Assembly (NCBI GenBank): GCA_001766815.1
Contig: LYOS01000002.1
Span: forward strand, 120,001-152,000
DNA from: Candidatus Syntropharchaeum caldarium
Lineage (GTDB): Archaea > Halobacteriota > Syntropharchaeia > Syntropharchaeales > Syntropharchaeaceae
Direction of reading: 5' to 3'
DNA length: 32,000 nucleotides
In this document: positions 1-12,509 of the stretch, piece after piece
Layout of the letters: each line of letters starts with the position of its first letter
Position numbering within the stretch: the stretch's first letter is position 1
Translations under genes and position numbers: made by a program
The notes under the pieces: generated by a model
What the model was told of the DNA's origin: nothing
Seen by the model: only the letters and a program-made list of their open reading frames with translations
The model's database searches: none

Positions 1-1231
<1,231 letters not shown>

Positions 1232-1308
1232 ATAATAAAAAAATAAAATAAAGATCAAACTGCTGATCGGATCGTCGATAAATTATTAGAGCCATTAAGG
1301 CTGGGACG

Positions 1309-1380
1309 GGGCTCGTAGATCAGTGGAAGATCGTCGCCTTTGCGAGGCGAAGGCCCTGGGTTCAAATCCCAGCGAGTCCA
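1309..1380 (+). tRNA. tRNA-Ala (anticodon TGC) in the 16S-23S spacer
   Basis: Hand-folded cloverleaf: acceptor GGGCTCG/CGAGTCC with the G3:U70 alanine identity pair, D stem GATC/GATC, anticodon stem TCGCC/GGCGA with loop TTTGCGA (TGC at 1341-1343), T arm CTGGG-TTCAAAT-CCCAG, discriminator A. CCA is not encoded. Confidence 0.95.
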
Positions 1381-1465
1381 TAGATGCACTCTTGCGCGTA
1401 AGCGTTTGAGGAAGTGTTGATAGCACGCGTGATGCGATGCTAAATGAAACGATCATAAGTTCCAA

Positions 1466-1495
1466 GATCTGGACGCTAACTGGATATAGTGAGGC
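1466..1495 (+). other. 5' strand of the 23S pre-rRNA processing stem (BHB-like motif)
   Basis: 1466-1473 GATCTGGA pairs with 4452-4459 TCCAGATC (8 bp). 1474-1476 CGC pairs with 4446-4448 GCG. 1480-1495 CTGGATATAGTGAGGC pairs with 4430-4445 GCTTTGCTATGTCCAG (16 bp including G-U pairs). This leaves 3-nt bulges TAA (1477-1479) and ATA (4449-4451) on opposite strands. Confidence 0.75.
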
Positions 1496-4429
<2,934 letters not shown>

Positions 4430-4459
4430 GCTTTGCTATGTCCAGGCGATATCCAGATC
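4430..4459 (+). other. 3' strand of the 23S pre-rRNA processing stem
   Basis: Complementary to 1466-1495 (pairs listed for that feature). Its outer helix reaches 4459 and so overlaps the stop codon (4458-4460) of the convergent methyltransferase gene. Confidence 0.75.
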
Positions 4460-5486
4460 ATGGAACTTCAGTATCTTTTTTTAGGAAATAGATCCTTCTT
4501 GTCATACTTCGATGAATCCGCATACTGTACTCATCGATCACCAGGAAACCACTCTTCTTTATGATGTCATCGATCGGCTTATCGGAGATTATAACTGCAA
4601 AACGACCCTTTTTGAGCAGACGAAATATCTCAAAGATTGCATCCCTGTAAAGGGAATCTATCGACTCTCCTTTGATCTTTGAAGACCTTCCATAGGGTAG
4701 ATCCGTCACAACTCCTGCTGCAGAACCGTTCTTAAACGGAACAGATCTTGCATCACCTAATATGAGATCTACCTCCTCGAGTTCTTCAAGATTTCTTGAT
4801 GCGCCAGTGATCATTTTCTCCTGTGCATCAAGACCAATAACTCGAATCCCCATAAGCCCTGCCTCAAGAAGTATGCCACCTGTACCTACAAAAGGATCTA
4901 CAAGGCACTCGTATGGCTTGATATGGCAGAGATTAACGAGTGCTCGTGCTATTTTGGGTTTTAAAACACCTGGTGCAAAAAATGGTCGCCTTTTGGGAGC
5001 GCGTTCTGTAAATTCCTGCTTTGATCTGGTATGTACAACCCTGCCAATCACACATCTCTTACTGATTACGTAAAGTTTCACGATCGTATCAGGTTTTTCG
5101 AGATCGACCCATGAAGATTCGTGATTTATGAGTGCCCCGACCGATCGTTCAAGCTCGGTGGAAGTGAGATCCTCTTCATCCCAGACTGTTGCATCGACAG
5201 CGTAGCTTCCAGAGATCGAAGGGGCCATCCTTGAAGCAGCATCTCGAATGGTATCAAAATCCGCACTCACAACTTCAAACACATCGATTACAATATGCGA
5301 AAGTGCTATGCGTGAGAGAAACTCTGAGAATTGATCTGGTTGCATTCTCTCTTCCAGGGTCACAAGCAGCAATCTATTTAGACGAGAGATCTTCGCAACC
5401 TTCACCCCGTATGTCTCCAGCAGGGCTAATATCTCTGCTTCTGGGAGCTTTTCGTGCTCTCCTGATAGCTCGAATCCATACATCAT
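4458..5486 (-). CDS. THUMP-domain tRNA (guanine-N2)-methyltransferase, Trm11/Trm-G10-like
   Basis: ORF 4458-5513. SAM motif I VDPFVGTGGILLEAG and motif IV VTDLPYG sit in the C-terminal half, with a THUMP-like N-terminal half. Start chosen at M10 (MMYGFELSGEH, typical family N-terminus); the upstream ATG at 5513 is also possible. Confidence 0.8.
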   Translation of the reverse strand: MMYGFELSGEHEKLPEAEILALLETYGVKVAKISRLNRLLLVTLEERMQPDQFSEFLSRIALSHIVIDVFEVVSADFDTIRDAASRMAPSISGSYAVDATVWDEEDLTSTELERSVGALINHESSWVDLEKPDTIVKLYVISKRCVIGRVVHTRSKQEFTERAPKRRPFFAPGVLKPKIARALVNLCHIKPYECLVDPFVGTGGILLEAGLMGIRVIGLDAQEKMITGASRNLEELEEVDLILGDARSVPFKNGSAAGVVTDLPYGRSSKIKGESIDSLYRDAIFEIFRLLKKGRFAVIISDKPIDDIIKKSGFLVIDEYSMRIHRSMTRRIYFLKKDTEVP

Positions 5487-5587
5487 ACTACCACAATTGC
5501 GATCTCTGGCCACAATGACATTTATCTGTGGAGATCAATAATATATACCTGCACATGCATATAATTAAGTAGGAGGTGGAAGGTATT

Positions 5588-5740
5588 ATGAAAGCGAATT
5601 TGTGGACCGTTGGAGCTTCCACTCTGATGATACAGCCTGAAACCACCAAATATGAGCGGGATATGCGAAGAATGTACGTCTTCATCCTTCTGATTCTTGG
5701 ACTGCTCGCTTTATCAGGGTATGTGGCGATTATCTATTGA
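5588..5740 (+). CDS. Small (50 aa) predicted tail-anchored membrane protein, below the ORF-track size cutoff
   Basis: ATG at 5588 lies 8 nt after AGGAGGTGG (5571-5579), which is complementary to the 16S 3' tail. Translation is MKANLWTVGASTLMIQPETTKYERDMRRMYVFILLILGLLALSGYVAIIY, with one C-terminal hydrophobic helix. It fills an otherwise unexplained 277-nt spacer, and AT-rich TATA-like runs lie at 5536-5567. Confidence 0.5.
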   Translation: MKANLWTVGASTLMIQPETTKYERDMRRMYVFILLILGLLALSGYVAIIY

Positions 5741-5763
5741 GCAGCCCCAACCCCTTTTATCAT

Positions 5764-6675
5764 TTACTCATATTCGATCGTTGCAGGTGGTTTTGGTGTG
5801 ATATCATAAACCACACGTGCTACATCAGGGATCTCGGCTGTTATACGGGATGAGATCCTGCGAAGTCTCTCCCATGGCACCTCGATCGGGCTTGCGGTCA
5901 TTCCATCTCTTGATTCAACCGCTCTGACCGCGATTATCCAGCCATGGACCCTCACATCGCCTTTGACGCCCGTCCCCTTCTCGATAACTGCAGCAAACGC
6001 CTGCCATGGATGAAAGTCATGCAACTCTTCCTCGACGATTGTGTTGGCACGCCTTACAACATCAAGCTTCTCGCGAGTAACTTCCCCAATTATTCTCACG
6101 GCAAGCCCAGGTCCTGGAAACGGCATTCTTTCTGAGATCGATTCTGGCAGTCCAAGTTCACGGGCAAGAATTCTCACCTCATCTTTGTACAGGTCCGCAA
6201 TAGGTTCAACGATCTCCTTGAACTCGATATTTATCGGTAGCCCTCCAACATTATGGTGCGATTTGATACCCCCTTCTGACTCGATCCTGTCTGGGTATAT
6301 CGTTCCCTGAATGAGGTATTCCGCATCAACTTTCTTCGCTTCTTCCTCAAAGACGCGAATAAACGTCTCACCGATGATCTTTCGCTTCTTCTCGGGATCA
6401 GAAACCCCTTTGATCGCATCGATAAAGCGATCCTTTGCATCGACCACCTTAAGGTTCATATCCCCAAAGATCTCCATGATCCGTTCAGGCTCTCCTTCCC
6501 TCATAAAACCTGTATCTACAAAAATTGGTATGAGATTGTCGCCTATCGCACGATGCGCAAGCACAACACAGACCGAGCTGTCGACACCCCCTGAAAGCGC
6601 GATTATAGTCTTATTCTGGCACTTATTCCTGATTTTATCAATAGCATCCGCGATGACTTTCTTATAATCAACCAT
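5764..6675 (-). CDS. guaA: GMP synthase (glutamine-hydrolysing) subunit B, ATP pyrophosphatase subunit
   Basis: 303-aa ORF with PP-loop [10 protein letters not shown] and C-terminal dimerisation/GMP-binding end ...[10 protein letters not shown]. The archaeal split GuaA has this size. Confidence 0.92.
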   Translation of the reverse strand: MVDYKKVIADAIDKIRNKCQNKTIIALSGGVDSSVCVVLAHRAIGDNLIPIFVDTGFMREGEPERIMEIFGDMNLKVVDAKDRFIDAIKGVSDPEKKRKIIGETFIRVFEEEAKKVDAEYLIQGTIYPDRIESEGGIKSHHNVGGLPINIEFKEIVEPIADLYKDEVRILARELGLPESISERMPFPGPGLAVRIIGEVTREKLDVVRRANTIVEEELHDFHPWQAFAAVIEKGTGVKGDVRVHGWIIAVRAVESRDGMTASPIEVPWERLRRISSRITAEIPDVARVVYDITPKPPATIEYE

Positions 6676-6713
6676 AAAATGAGTTTTCTCGCATCAATTA
6701 AAACTTTTGGTAT

Positions 6714-7745
6714 TCATCCAAAGAACGTCTTAGCAAGATCGAACAAATCGAGATCGACTGTTTTAAGTTTGGCGACCGCATCTTCAAGTTTGACAGGTAA
6801 GATTTTGGAGCCGCGCAGCGCAACCATCTTACCATAGTCCTCGTCTTTCAGGAGTTTGACCGCGGTGATGCCCATTCTTGTTGCAAGAATCCGATCAAAT
6901 GGGGTGGGACTTCCTCCGCGCTGGATATGCCCCAGGATTGTAACGCGGACATCAACGCCCACTCGCTTCTCGATCTCGTCTTTGAGCAGATATCCAATCC
7001 CACCAAGTTTGACGTGTCCATATTCATCGATCTCCTGTTCTGGCATTCTGAAGCCTGTACCCTCTTTTGGTATCGCACCTTCTGCCACAACGACCGTGCT
7101 GTAGGCTTTACCATGATCGTATCGTTGTTTCAGATTTTCACAGATTTCTTCAATGTCAAATGGCACTTCGGGAATCAGGATCTCGTTGGCGCCACCAGCG
7201 ATACCTGCTGCCATAGCGATCCATCCGACATGTCTGCCCATCACCTCGATGATGATCACGCGATGATGTGATTCCGCTGTTGTGTGGAGCCTATCGATGG
7301 CGTCGGTCGCGATTGTAACCGCGGTATCAAACCCAATTGTCTTGCTTGTACAGGATACATCGTTATCTATCGTCTTCGGGATACCAACGACCGGGATACC
7401 TCTCCTGTAGAGAGCCAGAGCGGCACTGAGCGTCCCCTCACCACCACATGCAATAATCCCTGAAATCCCATATTTCTTTATATTATCCCTGAGCCGCTGC
7501 AGATCTTCTATATTTTTGGTAGGGTTCACCCTGGATGTACCGAGTATTGTGCCACCTTTCGACAGTATCCCACTGACAGAATAGTGCGTGAGTGGTTCGA
7601 CATCCCCTTCAATCAAACCTTTCCAGCCATTTCTTATCCCAATAACTTCCCAGTCATAGATGATAGCCTGTTTCACAACTGCTCTGATTGCAGCATTCAG
7701 TCCAGGACAATCTCCCCCGCCGGTTAAAACCCCAATCGTCTTCAT
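6714..7745 (-). CDS. pfk: 6-phosphofructokinase, PfkA family (phosphoryl donor not assignable)
   Basis: 343-aa ORF with MKTIGVLTGGGDCPGLNAAIR, ACGGEGTL, GIPKTIDND and EVMGRHVGW, all PfkA-family motifs. Confidence 0.9.
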   Translation of the reverse strand: MKTIGVLTGGGDCPGLNAAIRAVVKQAIIYDWEVIGIRNGWKGLIEGDVEPLTHYSVSGILSKGGTILGTSRVNPTKNIEDLQRLRDNIKKYGISGIIACGGEGTLSAALALYRRGIPVVGIPKTIDNDVSCTSKTIGFDTAVTIATDAIDRLHTTAESHHRVIIIEVMGRHVGWIAMAAGIAGGANEILIPEVPFDIEEICENLKQRYDHGKAYSTVVVAEGAIPKEGTGFRMPEQEIDEYGHVKLGGIGYLLKDEIEKRVGVDVRVTILGHIQRGGSPTPFDRILATRMGITAVKLLKDEDYGKMVALRGSKILPVKLEDAVAKLKTVDLDLFDLAKTFFG

Positions 7746-7832
7746 AAAGCTCTCCTATTCCTCCATTGCATCGCCATCCTGGAGGTCTCAGATCCTGTAA
7801 TCAGTCCCATGATCTCTTCTCCGGGTATAACG

Positions 7833-8486
7833 TTACTCAAGCACTGCGTGTCTTGCTTTAAGATCTGATTCGCTTGCACCGATCACCGCCATTAGTTCCG
7901 CTATGAGGGCGTCAAGCACAACGAGAGAGAGTGTCTCAAATATCGTGCCAAGCGGTGTGAGCGAACGATATTCACCTTTGAGCTGTCGTTCTATATAGTC
8001 TTCACCACCAACAACTTTCCTGTCAAACCTGCCCTTGACCTCAAGAATAACATCCGAGAGCTTTCCGATTGTGGATGATGAGTTGCTCGTAACCGAGGCG
8101 ATGGCAACCCCTCTCGATTTTGCAATTTTTGCCATGTTTGCGATGTTGAGCGTCTCGCCAGATCCTGTTATTGCGATCACAAGATCTCCTTCTTCAACTG
8201 CAGGTGTCGTGGTCTCGCCAACGACATAGACGACAAATCCAAGATGCATCAACCGCATCGCAAATGCCTTTGCAACAAGTCCAGATCGCCCTGCACCCAT
8301 CAAAAAGATCCTGTTTGCTTCCATAATAGCATCAATCATCGCTCTGACTGCTTTTTCATCGATTGCATCAATCGTTTCTCTTATTTCCTCCTCTATCAAC
8401 TTAATACAGCTCTTAAAACTTGCACAGGTAATTCCATTTACTCGTTTTAAGCCGCCGTTCTTACCATTATTTTTGAGATCTGGCAT
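7833..8486 (-). CDS. hxlB: 6-phospho-3-hexuloisomerase (SIS domain, RuMP pathway)
   Basis: 217-aa ORF with SIS-domain motifs LMGAGRSGLVAKAFAMRLMHLGF and AITGSGET. The size and layout fit PHI. Confidence 0.8.
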   Translation of the reverse strand: MPDLKNNGKNGGLKRVNGITCASFKSCIKLIEEEIRETIDAIDEKAVRAMIDAIMEANRIFLMGAGRSGLVAKAFAMRLMHLGFVVYVVGETTTPAVEEGDLVIAITGSGETLNIANMAKIAKSRGVAIASVTSNSSSTIGKLSDVILEVKGRFDRKVVGGEDYIERQLKGEYRSLTPLGTIFETLSLVVLDALIAELMAVIGASESDLKARHAVLE

Positions 8487-8490
8487 AGCT

Positions 8491-8979
8491 CTATCTTTCC
8501 TTTTTACTGATATTTATATTCTTTGCAATCTTTCGCGCTGCAATCTTCTCAACAAGGAGCTGTATCTTACCATCATCAGCCTCCCAGAGAATTGTCTTTT
8601 CTGTATCATGCATTTTGAGCTGGTCATCGATCGTTTCAACGAGATAATCAAGAACGCTCGACTTTGCAAGCGGTGCAGAAAATGTTGCCCTGTATTTATC
8701 CCTTTTTCTTCGATATGAAAGCAGCACAAGTCCCTTACCTTCAATCCGTTCAATATCGGAAAAATGGGCGAGAACGTCCACCTCACATGTAACTTTGGGA
8801 TCGATGGATGCGATATCAGCGAACAGACCCCTTATCTCATTCCTATCTGCCCGCCTACCAAACCACACTACAATCTTGCCGTAGGTGATTGTGAGCATTA
8901 TATTCTCATCGCCGATTGTTAGATACTGGAGGTCACAATCTATCTGATCAAGGAGCCGGGTTTCAACGCCCATCTTCAC
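8491..8979 (-). CDS. Hypothetical protein (162 aa)
   Basis: Long ORF 4 nt upstream of the PHI gene and co-directional with it. I recognise no motif. Coding is inferred from length, packing and absence of a competing frame. Confidence 0.6.
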   Translation of the reverse strand: MKMGVETRLLDQIDCDLQYLTIGDENIMLTITYGKIVVWFGRRADRNEIRGLFADIASIDPKVTCEVDVLAHFSDIERIEGKGLVLLSYRRKRDKYRATFSAPLAKSSVLDYLVETIDDQLKMHDTEKTILWEADDGKIQLLVEKIAARKIAKNINISKKER

Positions 8980-9057
8980 ACATCCCAGATGACTTCGGAA
9001 TTATTCGAATCTTAGGCAAGATATATTAGATCTATCATAGATATTTAAGTATCTCAG

Positions 9058-9660
9058 GTGGTGGACGGGTTGAATGATACAGAAAAACTTCTTGTGCTTT
9101 CACTCGATGATGCAGAGTCGAAGAAGATCTCACAGGTCATCGCGAATGATACAGCACGGGATATTCTTGATCTTCTTGCAGATGAGCCTTTATCGAGCAC
9201 AGAGATCTCAGAAAGGCTTGATATACCACTTACAACCGTCCAGTACAATATCGAGAAGCTGACTGAGGCAGGACTGATCGATGTCAAGGCGCAAAGATGG
9301 AGTAAGAAAGGTAGGACGATCAAGATCTATGGTCCGAGAAGGCGACTTCTAATAATTGTGCCTGAGCGCATCGGGAAAGAAGATATACTTGGGGCTGTGA
9401 AGAGATATATCGGAGTATTGCTCTTTGCAGGGCTTGTATCTGTGGTACTTGAGTTCATAACATGGGGCGGTGGAGCAAATGGAGCCCTGAAAAGCACACA
9501 GGCGGTATCAGAGGAGCGAACATTGGATGCTGTGCCAGTGGCGATTGAGAAGGTTACCACTGACATCTGGAGTTACGAGAATCATATCGGGCTGTACTTC
9601 TTTGCCGGTGCAGTATTTGTTGTGCTGGTTAATATTCTCTATGAGCGATGGAAGAAGTGA
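9058..9660 (+). CDS. ArsR-family winged-helix regulator with C-terminal transmembrane segments
   Basis: GTG start. N-terminal wHTH pattern ARDILDLLADEPLSSTEISERLDIPLTTVQYNIEKLTEAGLI. Two hydrophobic helices follow (IGVLLFAGLVSVVLEFI and IGLYFFAGAVFVVLVNIL). Confidence 0.8.
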   Translation: MVDGLNDTEKLLVLSLDDAESKKISQVIANDTARDILDLLADEPLSSTEISERLDIPLTTVQYNIEKLTEAGLIDVKAQRWSKKGRTIKIYGPRRRLLIIVPERIGKEDILGAVKRYIGVLLFAGLVSVVLEFITWGGGANGALKSTQAVSEERTLDAVPVAIEKVTTDIWSYENHIGLYFFAGAVFVVLVNILYERWKK

Positions 9661-9665
9661 TCCTT

Positions 9666-9818
9666 TCAACTTCGCATCTTACACTGTTTTGGCTGCTTGC
9701 AGGCAAGTTCATCCATACAACAGTCCTCACAGAGCTTCAAATTTTCGAATTCATATACGTCGGTGATCTTCCTGCCGCATTTAGCACAATACACATCTGC
9801 TCTCACATCTTCTTTCAT
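9666..9818 (-). CDS. Small (50 aa) zinc-ribbon protein, below the ORF-track size cutoff
   Basis: Hand translation gives MKEDVRADVYCAKCGRKITDVYEFENLKLCEDCCMDELACKQPKQCKMRS, with a CxxC...CxxC(C) pattern. The ATG is 18 nt after the ABC ATPase stop, with GAGGA 9 nt upstream. The plus-strand track ORFs here look spurious. Confidence 0.55.
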   Translation of the reverse strand: MKEDVRADVYCAKCGRKITDVYEFENLKLCEDCCMDELACKQPKQCKMRS

Positions 9819-9836
9819 ATCAGAACATCCTCTATT

Positions 9837-10547
9837 TTATCCAGAATCGATTAAGAGACCGTCTCGCATACGAAGCATTCGCCGGGCACTTTCCCCGATC
9901 TCTGGATCATGTGTTACAATAACGATTGTCTTGCCCTCTTTATTTAATTGTTTGAGTATCTCCATCACACTATTTCCTGCAGTGGTGTCGAGGTTTCCTG
10001 TTGGCTCATCTGCAAAGATTATCTCAGGCTCATTTGCGAGTGCCCGTGCAATTGCAACCCGCTGCTGTTCTCCCCCGCTCATCGTTGAAGGTTTGTGGTG
10101 AATCCGATCCGCAAGGCCAACCTGTGTGAGGAGTTTTTCAGCACGCAAAAGCCCCTCTGCTCGATTAGTACCCTTGAAGACCATGGGAAGCGCGACATTC
10201 TCCAGTGCGTTCAGCGTCTTGATCAGGTTGAACTGCTGAAATATGAACCCGATCTTATCTCGCCTGATTGCAGCAAGTTCATTCTCGTTGAGTTTTGCTG
10301 TGTCCACTCCATCGATAAATACCCTCCCTGATGTTGGTCGATCGAGACAACCCAGTAGATTCAGGAGTGTGGATTTGCCAGATCCTGATGCACCCATCAA
10401 TGCGACAAACTCGCCGCGCTCGATCTCGATCGTGATACCTTTGAGGACTTCGACACGAACCTCTCCGAGTAGAAAAGTCTTTGTAAGGTTCTCTCCCCTT
10501 ATCGCCGGTGTTTCATAACTGGACGATGACTGCATCGATGATTCCAT
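9837..10547 (-). CDS. ABC transporter ATP-binding protein (MacB/LolD-like)
   Basis: Walker A GASGSGKST, signature MSGGEQQRVAIARA, Walker B IIFADEPTGNLD. The start is uncertain (ATG at 10577, 10547 or 10535), and every candidate overlaps the serA 3' end (stop at 10513). Confidence 0.9.
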   Translation of the reverse strand: MESSMQSSSSYETPAIRGENLTKTFLLGEVRVEVLKGITIEIERGEFVALMGASGSGKSTLLNLLGCLDRPTSGRVFIDGVDTAKLNENELAAIRRDKIGFIFQQFNLIKTLNALENVALPMVFKGTNRAEGLLRAEKLLTQVGLADRIHHKPSTMSGGEQQRVAIARALANEPEIIFADEPTGNLDTTAGNSVMEILKQLNKEGKTIVIVTHDPEIGESARRMLRMRDGLLIDSG

Positions 10548-12099
10548 CCACCTTTTTGACCTCCTCGAGGATATCATTCGGTACAGGTGAGTCGATGTTG
10601 AGAACCATCAATGACGCTTCCCCAACCACTCCACCACCAACATACATTCCTCCAATGTTGATTTTACCATTACCGAGAATCATCCCCACAGGCCCGATCA
10701 CACCTGGTTTGTTTATATGGCGCGAGATGAGCATGTAGGGAGAGAACGGAGCATCTATCCAGTAATCATTGATTCTCACGATCCTGGTCTCATCCTTACC
10801 AAATATTGTTCCTGATACCGTGGTTGTCTCACTCTCGGTCTCAAGCTGTAACGTGATCATACTCGTAAAGTTCTCAATACTCTCTGTCTTTGTCTCAAGA
10901 ACACTTATACCACGCTCTTTTGCGATATGCGGTGCATTAACAAAGTTCACGTTGCTTGATATATGATCAAGAACACCTTTCAGGGCTGCAATTGTCACAA
11001 TTTCGCTCCCAGTTTCCTTCTGTGCGATCTCACCACCATATGTGATCTTGATCAACTTAATCCTTCCAGAGGTAAGCTGGATCGTGAGTTTGCCGAGCAT
11101 TTCACTGAGTTTGATGTATGGCGTGAGCATCGGGAGTGCATCAGCACTTATCGGTGCCATATTGACAGCATTTCTGACATGCCCTCTGATGAGATAGTTT
11201 GCGACCTCCTCTGCCACCGTGACAGCGACATTGACCTGTGCCTCAGTGGTTGACGCCCCGAGATGTGGGGTTACGATAACGTTATCAAGCTCAAGCAGTT
11301 TTGAGTCAAAGGGTGGCTCAGTCTCAAAAACATCGAGTGCAGCACCTGCAACCTTCCCAGAAGTTATCCCCTCATAGAGTGCATCTTCATCGATGATTCC
11401 ACCTCTTGCACAGTTTATAATCCGTACACCATCCTTCATCTTCGAGATCGCATCACGATCAATCATGTGGCGCGTATCCTTTGTGAGTGGCGTGTGAACT
11501 GAGATATAATCTGCAGTTTTAATCACCTCTTCAAACGGTGCGATCACAACACCAAGTTCATCTGCCCGTTCCTTCGAGATGAATGGATCGTACGCAATTA
11601 CGGTCATACCGAGTCCACGTGCACGTTTTGCAACCTCTGTCCCAATCCTTCCGAGACCAAGAAGACCAAGCGTTTTTCCTGTGATCTCAACCCCAAGATA
11701 TTTCGATCGTTCCCACTTTCGCTCAACTTTCAGAGCATGATTTGCATCAGGGATCCTTCGGGTTAGTGCGAAAAGGAGTGCAAGTGTATGCTCTGCGGCT
11801 GAGATCGTATTTCCACCAGGCGCGTTGACAACAACAATGCCTTTCCTTGTCGCCTCCTCGAGATCGATATTATCAACCCCAACACCAGCCCTCCCGATAA
11901 TCTTGAGGTTTGATGCCGCATCGATCACATCTTTTGTAACCTTTGTCTCACTCCTGACAATCAGCGCATCGTAATCACCGATTCGTTCGATAAGCTCCTC
12001 TGGCTTGAGTTTTAAAAGTACATCCACCTCAAGCTCCTTCTCAAGTATCTGAAGTCCACGTTCTGATATCGGTTCTGCGACAAGGACTTTTTTGCTCAT
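10513..12099 (-). CDS. serA: D-3-phosphoglycerate dehydrogenase (long form with ACT domain)
   Basis: 528-aa ORF with NAD-binding GLLGLGRIGTEVA, 2-hydroxyacid dehydrogenase core (...CARGGIIDE..., PHLGAST) and a C-terminal ACT-like region. Confidence 0.93.
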   Translation of the reverse strand: MSKKVLVAEPISERGLQILEKELEVDVLLKLKPEELIERIGDYDALIVRSETKVTKDVIDAASNLKIIGRAGVGVDNIDLEEATRKGIVVVNAPGGNTISAAEHTLALLFALTRRIPDANHALKVERKWERSKYLGVEITGKTLGLLGLGRIGTEVAKRARGLGMTVIAYDPFISKERADELGVVIAPFEEVIKTADYISVHTPLTKDTRHMIDRDAISKMKDGVRIINCARGGIIDEDALYEGITSGKVAGAALDVFETEPPFDSKLLELDNVIVTPHLGASTTEAQVNVAVTVAEEVANYLIRGHVRNAVNMAPISADALPMLTPYIKLSEMLGKLTIQLTSGRIKLIKITYGGEIAQKETGSEIVTIAALKGVLDHISSNVNFVNAPHIAKERGISVLETKTESIENFTSMITLQLETESETTTVSGTIFGKDETRIVRINDYWIDAPFSPYMLISRHINKPGVIGPVGMILGNGKINIGGMYVGGGVVGEASLMVLNIDSPVPNDILEEVKKVDGIIDAVIVQL

Positions 12100-12142
12100 A
12101 CCCCTACCTACTTCCAGAAGAATTTAAGTTTTTCATCGGTCA

Positions 12143-12213
12143 TGCGGCAACCGGGATTTGAACCCGGGTTAGAGGCTTGGGAAGCCCCTGTCCTACCGCT
12201 AGACTATTGCCGC
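12143..12213 (-). tRNA. tRNA-Gly (anticodon CCC)
   Basis: Hand fold of the reverse complement: acceptor GCGGCAA/TTGCCGC, D arm GTCT-AGCGGTA-GGAC, anticodon arm GGGGC-TTCCCAA-GCCTC (CCC at 12179-12181), variable TAAC, T arm CCGGG-TTCAAAT-CCCGG, discriminator A. CCA is not encoded. Confidence 0.93.
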
Positions 12214-12232
12214 CAGTAAAAGCACCAGACGC

Positions 12233-12409
12233 TCAGGCGGTCCCACTCTTGAAGTATATATGCAGGGCGATCACAAAGATTCCTATGAAGATCGAGAATA
12301 TCATAACCGTCTTTGGTGATATCGTGATCGAAGTCTCCTCTGTGTCAAAGTAACGCATAAGCCCTGCAGAGGACATGAGCCCGCCGGAGGAATCTTTCTT
12401 CTTTGCCAT
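12233..12409 (-). CDS. secG: Preprotein translocase subunit Sec61beta (archaeal SecG)
   Basis: MAKKKDSSGGLMSSAGLMRYFD followed by a single C-terminal TM helix, the hallmark of archaeal Sec61beta. Start taken at M6 of the track ORF. Confidence 0.85.
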   Translation of the reverse strand: MAKKKDSSGGLMSSAGLMRYFDTEETSITISPKTVMIFSIFIGIFVIALHIYFKSGTA

Positions 12410-12509
12410 GATCCTATTTTTCACTCAACTCCTTATTAATCTTATCATCCCATCCAGTGGTAGAAGCGTTCGCTTTTTATATCATTGTGGGAGAGAGTTT
12501 AGTGGTTCT

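Noticed and set aside
5488-5685. 65-aa minus-strand ORF in the 5487-5763 spacer
   Set aside because: It has no RBS and an odd composition. The opposite strand has a 50-codon ORF with a near-perfect SD and a clean TM helix, which I consider the better call.
12375-12509. 45-codon N-terminal extension of aspartokinase suggested by the ORF track
   Set aside because: The extension overlaps the secG coding region and promoter spacer, is hydrophobic or nonsense-like, and precedes the canonical MRLVMKFGGSSV N-terminus. A TATA-like TTTTTATAT at 12474-12482 fits the shorter start.
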